Counted from the stretch's first letter, positions 48,630 to 62,628 are shown. The stretch is 64,000 nucleotides of DNA from Marsupella aquatica (GCA_973895155.1 OZ316891.1:5055708-5119707), one strand, 5' to 3'. The notes: generated by a model from the letters alone, not told the origin. A program made the numbers and translations.

Positions 48630-50300
48630 AGGGATACTTGATGGACCACAAAATGTGAATTGTTATTTGATGGACCCATCTACTATATGATGGACCCATC
48701 TACTATATGGTGAATCCACCTTTCAGATTTTGTCTTATTCAGAGTTTTGGTGTTATATATATTTATTTCAATGTGCCTTAACAAGGGGCAGCCTGTGTAT
48801 CATATACATTTTAAATTAATTTATGGACCCCATTAATTTAAGGATTCTAGAGTATTTTGAACTTATTTTGGCAGCCCCCCTATAAATATTAATGTTTGTG
48901 ATTTATTAGAGATGAAAAGGCTCCACCACTTGAACAAACTCAGTATTTTCATGAGTGGGAGACATGATTCTTATTGTGTCTTAAGTTCCCCTCATGTCTT
49001 TCTTTCCTAAGTTTATGGTTTTTATTGAAATGAGTGTTGTCATTCATAAGGGCATTGAGTTAGCACACATGGTAGCATCCTTGTGTCATAAAACTTGATT
49101 GTACTTTTCATTAGTCCCTGTGCTTTTCTTGGCAGTGTTGAGCATAGACGACATTCGTAACGGCAAGCTCATGAACCATCCAACGCACAATAGTCGACAC
49201 AGAGAGATACATGGTTCACATCCACATGAGACTACGTCCACGGGAACACACAAGAGCTTTACTGCACTCTAGGCCGACCGGCCATACCAAGCATCCATAG
49301 CATAAACTCTCCCTATCTCTCAACTAGCTCCGTAATAATGAGCCTAAGTTCCACCAGGGTCTGGCATCAGCCCTAGCTATATGCACAACATCACTACCGC
49401 TAACATTAGCTAAGTCCTAACCTGAGTTAGACTAACTGTGGTTAGCTCATGAGTCACAAGACTAGCAATATCTAATAGGCAGACACCTTAATTATATTAT
49501 TTTATCTTTCTAGTTATGTTCTCATATTTTATTTACTTTCAAATCACTACAAGACAAAAACTCAACCATGTTCCAAGATGAGCATGCTATATTGATGGAT
49601 CACAAAATGTGAATTGTTATTGATGGACACTCCTATTTTTGAAGCTGCTATATGGTGAATGCAACTTTCAGTATTTTGTCTTATTCAAATTTCTTTTGTT
49701 ATGCATTTTTATTTCAATGTGTCTTACCAAGGTGCATCCCTTGTATAGTTTAGATTTCCAATTTATTCTGGCACCCCTCTAATTTTTTCTAAATCTTTGC
49801 TATATTTTAAGATCATCCACCTTGTAACAAAGCTTGTTGAATTTGTAGCCCTTATTCTCATGAGTACAGAAGAAATGATCTAAATAATGTGCACACCTTA
49901 TGTCTTTAAGTACTACTCTTGAATGGTTTTGTGTCCTAAAGTTACGGTTTTATTTTGAGTGTCATTACCTAAAGTAAGTACATAAATATCTCTACTCATG
50001 TACATTATGTGCACATTCCAATACCATAAACTTAAACTTTCCTGTTCATTATTATTTTTCTTTACATGTGTACTTAATTTTTGTACCTTATGTGCACAAG
50101 TTTCAATATCGTAGATTGTAAGTCTTCCTAGTCAATGTCCTATTTATATTTTAATTAAAACACATGTATATCACTAAAAACCAAAAAAAATGAAGCATAT
50201 TAGAGGATGAGCATGCTATATTGATGGACCACAAATTGTGAATTGTTATTTGATGGACCCATGGACCACAAAATGTGAATTGTTATTTGATGGACCCATG
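48630..50300. repeat. Degenerate ~610-630-bp tandem repeat interrupted by a solo LTR
   Basis: gatgga.cacaaa.tgtgaattgttatt(t)gatggac at ~48640, ~49594, ~50222 and ~50260. tatatggtgaat.ca.ctttcag.ttttgtcttattca and tttatttcaatgtg.ctta.caagg occur in the first two units. Confidence 0.7.
49136..49477. mobile_element. Solo LTR (342 bp), copy 2
   Basis: Termini TGTTGAG...TCTAATA; perfect 5-bp TSD GGCAG (49131-49135 / 49478-49482). Confidence 0.9.
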
Positions 50301-53300
50301 ACTGATTGAGACAAGTGATGGACCTTAACAATAGACCTTAAATCAATGTACCCAAAAGCTTATGGGGCCTCATGGGACACTTAACTAAAGCATGTCAATT
50401 TAGGGGCCATCAAATATATCTCTCCAGCACATACCTGAAAATACCTGAAAACAAGTAGACTGACAAAACGTTTTAGCGGGGGAAGAATTTAATGTCCACC
50501 TACAAAACTTTTCGTCATCAAAGTTATTACTACTGTAGCTGACAGCTTTCGTGAAATAGGACTTCACCTTACTGACAAGTGACAGATATGGAATTACAGA
50601 TGGCCTAAGGGGAAGTGTGGCTTTGAAAAGTGGAGGACTTCTTTCAGGGAAGGTATGTCTGAGAAGTACAGGATCAAATCATGATTTGGAGTGAAACTTA
50701 CGAAAATTCATCGTAAGGAAAACTCGAAGGAAAACCGTAGGGCCATTCATCATCCGCTTGTGCTCCTGACGATACTGGAAAATTACTATGTCTCGGTGCT
50801 TCCTGTGCTCGGATCTGGGTTTTTTTTTCTTTTAACTCTTTGATGCTGACATTGATTTGGCTCCAGATAGATTGGCTCAGTAGCTAGCCCCTCTCCTCGG
50901 GAAGCACACTAGATTCGCTGCAGTAGGAGCATTCCCACTAGCTTCTGACGCCAAATGAGAAGGATTGTGTTCTATAAGCAAGGGCTGCCATGAAACAGGG
51001 CCAAGTGTAAGATCAATGCCTAGATTGTCCTGTGAGTAGGTCGATGATCGTTTGCTGTTGTTTTGCTCATGAGTTTTGGGACTCTCCGAGTCCATTCAGT
51101 GTCACCTTTGTTCGCATATAAGAATGAAACCTTCGCTGAAGACAATGAAAACAGGCGATCTCATTTTTATAATCTTAAGTGCTCTGATAGCTGTTGCAAA
51201 TTACGATCGAGAAGATGACAAATGAACACCAACCGCAATAATAGCGAAGAATGGAAAACATTTCTCAAAAATGGTGACAAGAAAGCACGTCCCACCTCAC
51301 GAGGTACAGGTCAGACGGGATTGGCCAGCTTTGATGAGGTTATGCACATTGTTACAGTACTATTCTTTGTATGAAATCAAACGCAGTCTGCCAACAGTGA
51401 CTAGATCCATGTTTCATGAGGTCTTTCCGGATGTTCCGGACATGCTTCCACTATTACCGATCCTGATTCCAGTAAGTTCTTCATGCTGTCCGATCCGAAC
51501 ATCCCAAATTGGCCACTTTTTCCTTGATTCCCGGACTTGGCTTCCCCTGGGAGGGCTACGGTGGATTCTCTGTGGCCTGTGTACGTAATGGCAAGCTAAC
51601 ATTTTCGCATGCAATGTTGAAAAGCCGATCTTTCCAGCACGAAATTTCGGGCGATATTACGGATACACACTGGTGCATGCACAACTTTACCTGATTCCAT
51701 ATTCATTTTGAAACAACATGATTCCAGCATGATTGTCGAGTTTTCGAAGCAACAGGAACAGAAATGATTGTGCCCTCTCTACAGTAGATCGCCAGCGTCT
51801 ATCACCAATGGTTAACCTACTTCGAAGTAGAATTCTCGTTTGTGGACAGTCTAGACTGTCGAGAACTTCTTGGGGTAGTAGTTGATCTAGAAGATGGAAA
51901 AATTCTACACTAGCTGGAACGCCGTCATCTGTTAGCGGAGCACATATAACCCATCAGAACAAAAGTGATGGACAAATCTATCACAGAAAATATCAACTAA
52001 CTGGGATGTCCCAAATTAATGGAAAAAGCAAAGGAAACTCACTTGTTTTGGACATCGCTAGGCCCCGATGCATCCGTTTCCTTTTGCTTGAGGGCAGTTC
52101 ACAAAGGGAGACAAAACCCACAAATGCATCTTTTTGGTACTGTAGGATTATTGAAGCACCACGAGGCCACGACCTTTTACTTTACTGAGCTGCTGCACAA
52201 TTTCTCTAGCGAGTAATTCGTAAGTAACGAAGGGCAAGTAACGCAGGAGCGCCATGTGTTTTTGAGATCACTGACTAACAGTGTTCAAGATTGTGCTCAC
52301 ATAAACGTCACATATCAAAAAGTATCAATCACAATCTCTTCGGGCCTGATGTCAGTGTCAATCCATCGACTTTGTAAGCCTTAATTCCGATACTAACGTT
52401 TGCTTGTCTGCAAGTTGCTAGCCCATGGCCAACAGAAACATTTCAGGCAGGTCAATGTGAACGGCCTTTTGCGCCAGGAATCTATTAGTTGCTCTGCCCA
52501 ACAATGCTAGGACCTACTGACCAGTACTCTTACGTCTGCTTAAAGTCAGACTCTTGGTTGACTCGATGCAGGAAAGTCTTATGACCGTTAGTCGTCACTT
52601 GCTGAAGCTACTGAGGATGAGCTCGGAGCGGGCTGTAAATGTGGCTTAATTGCATGATGTAAGCCTCGAACTATTTCAACCTTGTCATTGAGCTGACAAC
52701 TACTATTCTGCAAAAGTAAGCAGTTCATCCTTTCATTTGAGTCCCTAATATGTTTTACCTTCCGGCAGGAGTGACAGAGTATGTTTTTAGATTGATCGAG
52801 ATCAGGATTAAGACTAAGACGAAGAAACAAGATTTGTAGCACGGTATTTCTTGTAAGGTCTGGGTATAGTAATCCGATTCGGCTCCTGCCTACCTGAGAT
52901 AGACTATCTGGATCAATCTTGGTGTTGAGCTAATCATAGTTTGATCATAGCTTTAGCAGTGTTTCATTATGGACATGGTGTGCAGTGAACTTGTGTGCAC
53001 ACAGTGAGTAATGACAGTGGTCAGCTAATATATATTGTAAATCCTGTCACGCTTTAATTTTCAGGGCAAAGTCTAGGGTCGATGAACGCCAAAAGTCGGC
53101 CTGGGCTGCTCTTGATTCCTTCTGGGTTTAATTCCCCCCCAGGGCTACCTTTCTCTTCATGTTTCTTAAGTCGAATTTTCAGCTTGATTAGTGTCCGATT
53201 CTGGGTCTAATTATGTCAGATCGAAAAAGTTTCTTTGGCATGAAAGAATATTTTTGCGCAACAACAAAACAGCAGGATGCATCAATTGAGGGGCAGTCCG

Positions 53301-56300
53301 CGGAGGTGGGTCAAGTCGAATAGAATTCTGCACAGACCTTCCACAAGTTGAAAAGCTTCATGATCTTGACAGTTTGAAAGGATTTTCAGCTGTCTAGAGA
53401 AGTATGTTGGGGCTTCATCGATAGAGTGGACCAGGACAAAGACCAGAAATCATTCATGGTCTTGCCTTAAAAGTAGAGTTCAACGCCGTCGCTCTCATAT
53501 CACAACTGGAAATGATTTGTCTAAACCTTCCAAGACAAACCTTTGGCTGGTGCTGTGGTCAGAGTATATTCCTGCCTAGTGCGAACTTTCATACTGGCTG
53601 AGGTGTTGCCAGAAGGATGGAGGGGAAGTGCTCTGCTTGATCAAGCTCACAGCTTCTACAGTAGAAACGTGCTTGTTACCCTAATACCAGAAGTAGGTCA
53701 GTTCACTCCACTTGCAAGCAGCATCATTGCATCATATACCACAACCGGAAGAGCCAAGCACAGCCATATAGCCAAGCAACATGGTGCATCTTGAGAAAAG
53801 TAATCCTCCGTTGACTACTGTACGTTACTTCAACAGCGTCAGAATGATGCTGTAGACTGTCAGAAAACTTGCCGAGCTGAATCCCTTCAAGCAGAGTTCT
53901 GAAATTATAGCTTGTACCAAAAAAACCTCCAAGGCAATAAATGAATGCGTCATGCAACGCGTCTCTTTTCCAAAAACTATCCAGGTCCAACCGAAGAGTC
54001 AGTGGAGTTTTGTACTACTTAACAAAGTGTTAAGAAATGAATGCTAGCCCATGTATTATAGGAGATCGTGTGCTTTAATGCCCACTGCAGTGAAGTCGAT
54101 CACTCATCGATGGGCATTTGGCACGCTGCGTCGCCCATGTCGCTTAAGGGGGACCACTTCCATGACATTTCTGTGACATGCGAGCAGAATATCTTAAGAG
54201 GCATCCTTAAGCAGGGTTACGGGTGAGCGTAGCAGAGGTACAGTGTCAATCAGTTTGCTCAGACGCATCACTCTGCAGGACCAGTACCAACCCGTACATG
54301 ATTTCTCCTCTCATCAATTCGCCTCGGCTGGGGAGAGAGTTCCCTGCATCCCCTTAATTCAAGCCACCGTCACGCGAGTAAAACCCACGTTCATAGTGCT
54401 TTCGTTACACAAGAACAGGTAATAATCTCCGGACTCCATGTTAAAAACCAAAAATGTAAATTCGATCACTCGGGTTGTTCATGATGACTAGCTTCGAAAC
54501 TGGCTAGAGCATTTTCCACAAAATTTCCCACCATACGAATGCAAAACCGTACTGTACTACCGTACTTAAACATCTGAGTATTTCTCTCAACGACATACTA
54601 GATCTCAAGATCGTTTTTTCAACCCAATCGCCCATCTCCCCCGCCATCTCCACAATCTCACTACAGTAGTGCGGCGAGAAAATGGCAACACCAATAGAAA
54701 CCTTCTTAATCATATATCATTGCATCATCACAATTGCTATGTAACCGTCACTCATAATTAGTGATTCGAATCTGGGCTTACTGTATAAAGATCATGAGTT
54801 TTTTCCAGTTTTAAGTTGTTTGATCCTAATTAATTGTGCATATATACAAGACTTCATAGTGTGGGTCAAGTCATCATCTTCTAATTCTCGTTCTGAAATA
54901 TAATAACTTGAGGATACGGTAGTACGGGGAACTGTCTCCTCACGTTCCACACCTGTCAGAGACTCCCTCTTTAATACTAAGCTCTGTTAGAACATAGCAC
55001 TTCTTTCCTGCACTTGGATCGAACGGACAAACGTTAGTAAACAAGCTCGATTGGATTTCAACGAGCAATAATCAGGAATTGCAATTGTATTCGTGAGCCA
55101 CTTCTACCTTAAAGTTTGCCATCACACTGAAGCGAAGTGCTCATCTCTGTACTTCAGGCACGTGGAGTGGATGAAACTGAACCATCGTTGCAGCAGTTGA
55201 ATAATGGACCCACCAGTCCAATTTCAATTCGGGCTCTGAACCCGACCATCTTGTTTCCCGGTTCTAGGACGTGAGTACTTTGGGATCTAGACATGATTCC
55301 AGCAATCCTAACAAATTCCTTTTAGCAGTTTCAATTGATTTGAAGCTCTCTGGTACGCCCAGGGAGAAGAAACATCACATGGATACCCCGGCTCTAAGGA
55401 TTACAGAGACTTTGATGCCGTATTCTCCAGAAATTAAATTGGAACTAACAAGATGATGAGGAATACCGTCACATTATGTTGGCAGTTGGGTGCTCAGATT
55501 ACGTCAAAGACCCTAAGTCTTCGGGTCAAACAACTCGAGTGACCTCCGTGGAATTTATTGCTACTTGTCAACATCACTCTGGTCGGGAGATCATTCTGCT
55601 AAAGCTGTAGAATCACTTTGGGGCTTTGAACTGTTTGAGGAGTTCTATTTATACAATAAGAGAAGGTACCCCTGGCATATATCAGACTATAGGTTGGGCA
55701 TGCACTTAGATCAAGGTTCAGTTTCGGCTCATGGATTGCAATAATTAGACTACGACTGTTATTGTATAGGCGAGCATGACTGTCCAAAACTTGCAGATTA
55801 CCAAGATCCCACTCTTTTACGATTACACTTAGATTTGGATCTACTGTACTCCTCTGCCCTGATTGAGACTATCAAAACTTAGACTCGTTGAGTTAATCAA
55901 TCCTGAAGACTTGGGTCTGCAGTGATCACCTTGTGTGGTTGACTTTGCCATAAAATTCTCCAGCAGGAATAAAGCAAAGGCAGACTATATTCTTTCCAAT
56001 TAATACCAACACAAAAAGCAAAGGGTGCAGCTGAGACATCGGTCATCTCCGTTTGCTTTACAGGCCCATCATTGACGTAAAAGTCTCCCTTTCTGGCAGA
56101 TATTCTTTTTCCACAATAGGACTCAGTGTGTTTATCGTAATAAGTGGTTTGGATAAAAATTCTACACAACGAACCTTGGCGTTTAGATAATAGAAAATGG
56201 ATTATGGTTACGTTCGGCTCCTTGGGCATTAGCATTAGAGGTTCTTCATGCAGGTCCCTGAGAAACATTGACGCGGGGATAGAAACCTGACGTACATGGG

Positions 56301-57929
56301 GTAACACTCTAGACTTCTGGCGGTGCAGTTCAAGTCCTGTCATAGTAGAATATATCAGGCGTGCGACAGTAGCTCACATGGCATATGGCTCTAGACTTAG
56401 AGCATCTCCACCGGCTTGGTGGCTGATGCTCTCCAAACAATACAATTCAGGTGTGAGATGGCATTGAGATGGCAATATTGCTATTGAGACTTCACAACCT
56501 CACCAAAAAGCCCCCAAACTGACCTCCATTCTTAAAGCCATGAGTTTGTACCTTCAAATGTAGCATACAAGTGGAGATGAATGTGTAGCATATAAATGGA
56601 GATGAATGTGCTGTTGATGTGAATGGCGGTCTGAATAGTACCTTCCTTGCTAATGAAAACTGGCGATCAACAATTTGGATTTGGAGCAGGCCTCTAAATA
56701 ATTATATATATCAGACAAGATGGGCTACCCGTGGGAAGAGCAATATCCAGATATATTTTCTTTCCATTTGATGATTTAGTGGGTGGAAAGGAGGACTGGT
56801 GGAGATGCTCTTAGTTCTTCACCTTTTGGGGGTCCTTTTATCTTTTGAGGTGCTTCCATGTTTGGGTGTCATTTGTAAATGCTTTACTTTTTACTGTACT
56901 TCTCCACCCGTTTCACCTTTTTGGAACAGTTCTTTGAAACTACTTCAATCTCCACATGCTTTTTTCCAGAGTGTCCCCATTTCAACCTGGTCTCCCAAAT
57001 CGTTGACCCAAGGAACTCAGGTCAAATATGTAGCAATCTATGATTACTATTCTAGGGTAGAGTAATCTGGTAGGATATTTTTGGCAGTAAAAAATATGGA
57101 GGTGGAGATGGTGCTTTCAGGGAAAATTATAGTGAAACTTCTTATTTAATTTAAGATTGGCATACTAGGATAGGATAGCTCCAATAGAGCATTTTAGAGG
57201 TGAAAACAATGTCTTCTTCAATCTTCGTGTGATTCTTTGGTAATAGACTTAAGAACTACAATACTTTTCAAGCTTTGGGGGGCCTTTCATCTCTTGAACC
57301 TTGTCTCCTCAGGTTTTTTTATGTCCTTGCTAATATTTCAATTGGGTACAAGGAGTTCTTCAACAAGCCATTCAGACTGCTCAAAGGTCAAATATAGTAT
57401 GCTGAGTCATAGTTAGATTCACAGATTAAATACTTAAATAAAAAATTGTGGCACCCAGCATTTCAGACGCGTCTCTCCAGGAGATATGCTGGCTGTCTTG
57501 GGAATTTGGGGAGAAATTAAAGTCCAGACACGCCAGCTAAATATTTTTGGAGGCCAAATGCTCTGGAAATTTCTTTTGCTTGACATACATCACGGACACA
57601 TGTTTTGGTTAGATGGTAGTGGAATACCAGAAAGACTGTCATGTTTCAGCTGGGAAAAATTAAAGTGGTCAGAAAGCAACAGTCAGAAAGCAATCTTTGT
57701 GGTCTCGTTGGTCTTTGTGGTCTTTGTGGTTTCGTTGGTCTTCCTGGTTTCTTTTTGTTCTCTCTCCTTCATTGCGTCTCCTGTTTTGGGGGAGTATCTT
57801 CCTGTTGAGCACCTTTTTTTTATTTTGGTATTTTATTCTTGTTTTTTGTCATTTATTGGGTCTCTTGCTTTGAAATAGTTGGACACCTTTGTCGTCTACT
57901 CCATGCTTTTTGGCAAAGCAGCCTCAAAC

Positions 57930-58720
57930 TAAGAGACAGGATCCGAAAGAAAAAGCGCCAAATCTGGAGACCCAGGGTCCCGGAAGAAGGAAAAGATGTC
58001 TCGTAATGATGACAGTTTGAGTATCATGCGCTTGGTGTGAATCGAAATTGTAGCACACGTCCTTTTTCCAGGATCACAGACATTCCCCTAGAGAGAGGAT
58101 CCCAAAGAAATAGCGGCAGATCTGGAGGCACATAATTCCGAAAAGGAAGAAACGGTGCCTCGTAATGTTGACACTTTCAGTATCATGGGCTTGGTGTGAA
58201 TTGAGATTTATAGTACTGGTCCATTTTCCAGGATCACAGCCGTTCATTCAGAGAGGGGATCCCAAAGAAATAGCGCCAAATCTGGAGACACATAATTCCG
58301 AAAAGGAAGAAACGGTGCCTCGTAGTGTTGACACTTTCAGTATCATGGGCTTGGTGTGAATTGAGATTTGTAGTACTGGCCCTTTTCCAGGATCACAGCC
58401 ATTCACTCAGAGAGGGGATCCCAAAGAAATAGCACGACACAGAATTCCGAAAGGAAGAAAAGTTGTCTCGTAATGGTGACGCTTTTAGTATCATGGGCTT
58501 GGTGTGAATTGGGATCGCAGCAGCACTCGCCCTTTTCCCAGGATCAAAGCCATGCACTTAGACAGAGGATCCGAAAGAAAAAGCGCCAAATCTGGAGCCC
58601 ACAGAATCCCGAAAGGAAGACAAGATGTCTTGTAATGGTGACAGTTTGAGTATCATGGGCTTGGTGTGAAATTCAGACTTGTAGCACTGGTCCGTTCTCC
58701 AGGATCGCAGCCATTCATGC
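57930..58720 (+). repeat. Tandem array of five ~151-160-bp units
   Basis: ggatcc.aaagaaa.agc at 57939, 58097, 58257, 58416 and 58567. Each unit carries gta.tg.tgac...agtatcatg.gcttggtgtgaa...tt.(c)ccaggatc. Confidence 0.92.
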
Positions 58721-58789
58721 CTTTCGAGTGGAATGGAATCGTTGAGAGGGTTAGGTACCCTCGATCTGGAAAGCTGACACTCGCATTGA

Positions 58790-58895
58790 ATGTGATCATG
58801 CAGCCAGAGGAGGCTTGCTCTCAAGCATTCAATGCCTGCCTGCATCCTGCCTCTGTACTACAGCGACACCACAGCTGTGCCCATTGCCAAGTGCC
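58790..58895 (+). pseudogene. Possible eroded RING-H2 zinc-finger relic
   Basis: Translation CSQAFNA-(fs)CILP-(fs)LQRHHSCAHCQ mirrors the RING-H2 consensus C.H.FH..CI.PWL..H.SCP.CR, with His ligands lost and small indels. Confidence 0.3.
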
Positions 58896-59803
58896 AAGTC
58901 TACTCCAGCTCTCCAAGTCTCGGTCTCCCAACCCCCAATTTCCAAGAGTCTTCTGCGGATTGAGGCTGCAGATTTGAGATCCGTCCATTCATTTGAGAAG
59001 TACCTTCCAGCTCATGGTATCTAGTCGAGCTATCCTAGTTGACATTTACACCCATGCTCCCTGGAACGTCGGTAGAGTACCGTATGATATAATTTAGAGC
59101 AAGGAATTAATTCGTACATTACAGCTGTTGGTTAACTGTACTCAATTTGACCAGGGAACCGAACAACTCCGATCGATATACTTGAAGGACCCCTAAGCTG
59201 AAAAGTGTCGCGCTATACGTGAGACACATTTCATGGACCTCTATATCGAAAAGTGTCACTAGATAGATCTCATGAGACGCCGTGAGATTCTGGGTGAGTT
59301 TATTTATTAAGGTCTGTTGAATGATGAACTGGATCACTTACCCGAGATCCATCAAATGACAAATAATACTTTTTAGTTTAAGGGTCCATCAAGAACTATA
59401 ATACAAGGTTGCGTCTTTTTATGCAGTGGTCGTCATTTAAAAATACAGTGCCAAGAAAAAAAATAACCAATAAACAGAAGGGATAAAACCAAAAGCAAAT
59501 TAAATATAGTGTGAACCAAAAAGTACAGTAAATCTTTTCACACAAACAGTAATCAATTGGTGTACACAAAAAACAAAAAATGTAATTAACCCTGTTGCAT
59601 GCACTTTTCACACAAAAAAGAATCTAATGGTGGGAAAAAAGACAAAAATGTACCTAACCCAGTTGTATGCAAAAGTATCATAAGTGATATACCACATCCT
59701 CTAAAAATGGATATGGTATTATTTACAAACTCAAGAAAAAATGGGAACAATCCTAGGTCTTAAGTAAAAATTTGTTTTTCTGTAAATGTAGGATCCATCC
59801 ATA

Positions 59804-61161
59804 TCTCTATTAATCTGGATTACCTCTGCCCAAGCTACCTATAACCTACCTCAACCCAACCAAGATTAAAAATAAAAAATTGAATATTATTAAAAAATAA
59901 TTATTCAAATTGAGACTTATAGAATTGGATAAGAACTTTAAAGTTTGAAAAAACTTGAGTATTAATAATGTATATATGATATTAATTTCTCTAAAAATTT
60001 AAAATTTAAAATAATTTTTTCTATCACTTGGTTGTGCTTGGACTCTATGTTGCGGTGACTATTATCTCAGCCTCCAATTTCTATGTGCAGTGCACGAGTT
60101 GTTGCACACCACCACAACAACTCTACCTGGCCTTGACATATTTTTCTCATCTCGCCATTTTTTCTGACATTGACATTTTTATCTCATGACAATTTTTTCT
60201 CACCCTCAACATCATTTAGGTCCTTGATATATTTTCTCACCTGACTTGACATCTTTTCTCACCTTGACATCATTATCTTACCACAACATCTTTCCCTCAC
60301 CCTCGACATATTTTCTCTCCTCAACGTCATTTTCTCACCTCGCCATGTTTTTTCTCTCCTCAACATCTATTTTTGTCATTGACATTTGTTTTCACCTCGA
60401 AATCTGACCTATTTCTCAACTTCACATTTTTATCTCACCACAACATCTTTCCCTCACCCTCAACATCTTTTCCTCATCTTCACATATTTTTCTCACATCG
60501 CCATCTTTTCTCTCCTTGACATAGTTTTTGCTCTACTTCTTTTTCTTAGCTCAACATCTCTTTTTCTCATCAACATCTTTGTTCACCTCGACATCTTTTT
60601 CTCACCTCCACTTCTTTTTCTCACTTCAACTTCTTTTTCTCACCTCAACATCTATTTTCACCTCAACATATTTCTCTCACCACACCATCTTTTGTGCAAC
60701 TTTTGTCTTAACAACGTCTTTCTTACTTAACGACAACTCTTCTCTTAACGACATCGTGGGCAACGTGGCATTTCTTTTCTTAAGGACATATTGGGTGCCA
60801 CAACATCTTGGGTGACACAATATCATTTTTCTTAAGTACATCTTGGGTGTCACAACATTTTTATTCTCAACAACATCTTGGGTGACACGATATATTTTTT
60901 CTTCATTAATGACACATTGGGTGACACAACATTTTTTTTCTTCATGACATCTTCAGTTGGGCGACACTACATTTTCTTTCTTAACGACATCTTGGGCGAC
61001 ACCACATCTTTTTTTCTTAACGGCATCTTGGGCGACACAACATATTTGTTCTTAACGACATCTTGGGCGACACAACATCTTTTTGACTTAACGACATCTT
61101 AGAGGACACGACATCTTGGGCGACACGACATCTTTTGTGCAACGCACGGGTATTGAGCTAG
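59804..61161 (+). mobile_element. Probable non-autonomous Helitron containing two minisatellite arrays
   Basis: 3' end GTGCAACGCACGGGTATTGAG-CTAG|T matches the typical plant Helitron hairpin + CTRR terminus. Internal ~20-bp array (cacctc.acatcttttctc, ~60130-60690) and ~33-bp array (ttaacgacatcttgggcgacacaacat, ~60740-61130). The 5' end (A|TC at 59804) is a guess. Confidence 0.6.
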
Positions 61162-62531
61162 TCAACTATATATCTATCTTGCCAGCAGATGGAGAAAAAT
61201 CTAGATGCAATAATAGACATCTCGACGTGCCTGTCTTTTCTTTATGATACACACGAGTAAATATGTTTAAATACAAGTTCATTTTCTATTGGAATTTTTA
61301 GAATAAGTAAGGACTCAGAAGAATACTAAGCCCCCCTCCCTTTGCATTATTATTTTAATTCTCCTTTCCGCTTGCACTCCTCCCCTCCCCCATAGTTCCA
61401 GCCTACCCCCAGAAAATGTCCCTCAAGGCTAGTGCTAGGCGTTCTCACTTGTGCCTTTGGAGAACAACTACAGTAAGTAAACAATGTGTCAACTGAATTA
61501 TGTATTTCAAACTTGACTCCTGCCGTCTTGTAAAACTGAATATGTTTCTTCAACACCCCCATCCCTAAGTTTCTCAATTTATTACCTCGTTTTTTGTAAT
61601 ATCCAGTAAAGGATGCTCGCACTCTATGAATCCAAGAAATGGCGTTATGGCCACTCAACATATGAGAAGAAACTTTTGACTAATTTTGACACAAATCCAG
61701 CCAACTTCATTTCATCTCATGGTAACCCACGCGCAAAGCTACCATTCAAGTTGCTGTGAAATGCACAAGCAAAGACTTGCAGCAACTATCCTAAAAATCA
61801 AGTAACAATTCTAAAACAAATTCATTTGAGGAATTAGTCTCATGTGCTGAAGGATGCCTAAGTTTGGCCCACCCAAGTTCACATTGATCCAAACAACCTC
61901 TGCCCCCTCTACCGCCCCCACCCCCCCCCCCCCCCCCTCTAGAAAGCCCTTTACAACCATAGTTAACCCTCTCTTCTGAAGCTGGTTTCAACTACATTAT
62001 CAACCAAGGGTACAGAGTCCCATGGGATAACTTTTGGGGGCAAATTCTTAACAGCTTATTACTTAACAACAAGCCTGAAAGCCAGCACATAGTGAAAAAA
62101 TCTAGAGAAAAACTCAAATTTAAAAAACAAATTGCCAGCTCCTCCTTGGTTTAGGGAACTCAGAATCAACTGCGAAAAATCATTCGAGCTGCGTGCAGTC
62201 CAATATAGGTATTTCCACATAGGGCAGGATAAAAAATGTGTTACTCTAGATTCAAACTATGGAACACTTTCTAATATAAGAATTTCATGAAACCAAAATA
62301 GGTCAAGCAACATTAATAACAGAGTTATTTTATAGAATAAGTCTCTTACAATATGGACATTTAAATTATATCTCACCTGTATCCCAACAATAAACTAAAT
62401 GAACCTGTGAGCTACTGGCTGGTTGCCAGATCTAGCAGTCTTTTAAAAACATTGAATAGGTTTTTCAAACATAGATACTTACAATAGGTCTTTGTCACCC
62501 TAAGGGTGGGGCCATTGCTTTGCATGGTGCT

Positions 62532-62628
62532 GCTGAGCATCTGTCATGAGGGAAAGCGAGGGAAGGATGCAAGGCAGCAAGGGTAAGAGCTGAGCATCTG
62601 TCATGAGGGCAAGCAAGGGAAGGATGCA
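62532..62628. repeat. Short direct duplication (~40-bp unit, 57-bp period)
   Basis: gctgagcatctgtcatgaggg.aagc.agg(g)aaggatgca occurs twice. Confidence 0.85.

Noticed and set aside
45046-49477. Intact LTR retrotransposon bounded by the two direct repeats
   Set aside because: Each repeat has its own TSD, the outer flanks (ATTGT vs GGCAG) differ, and no internal gag/pol is present.
54218-54301. Hairpin followed by ACA (H/ACA-like)
   Set aside because: A single irregular hairpin with no clear H box or partner hairpin and no target identified.
57930-58720. CRISPR-like array (also considered for 31100-31945 and 60740-61130)
   Set aside because: Plant nuclear context, whole units are repeated with no unique spacers, and there are no cas genes.
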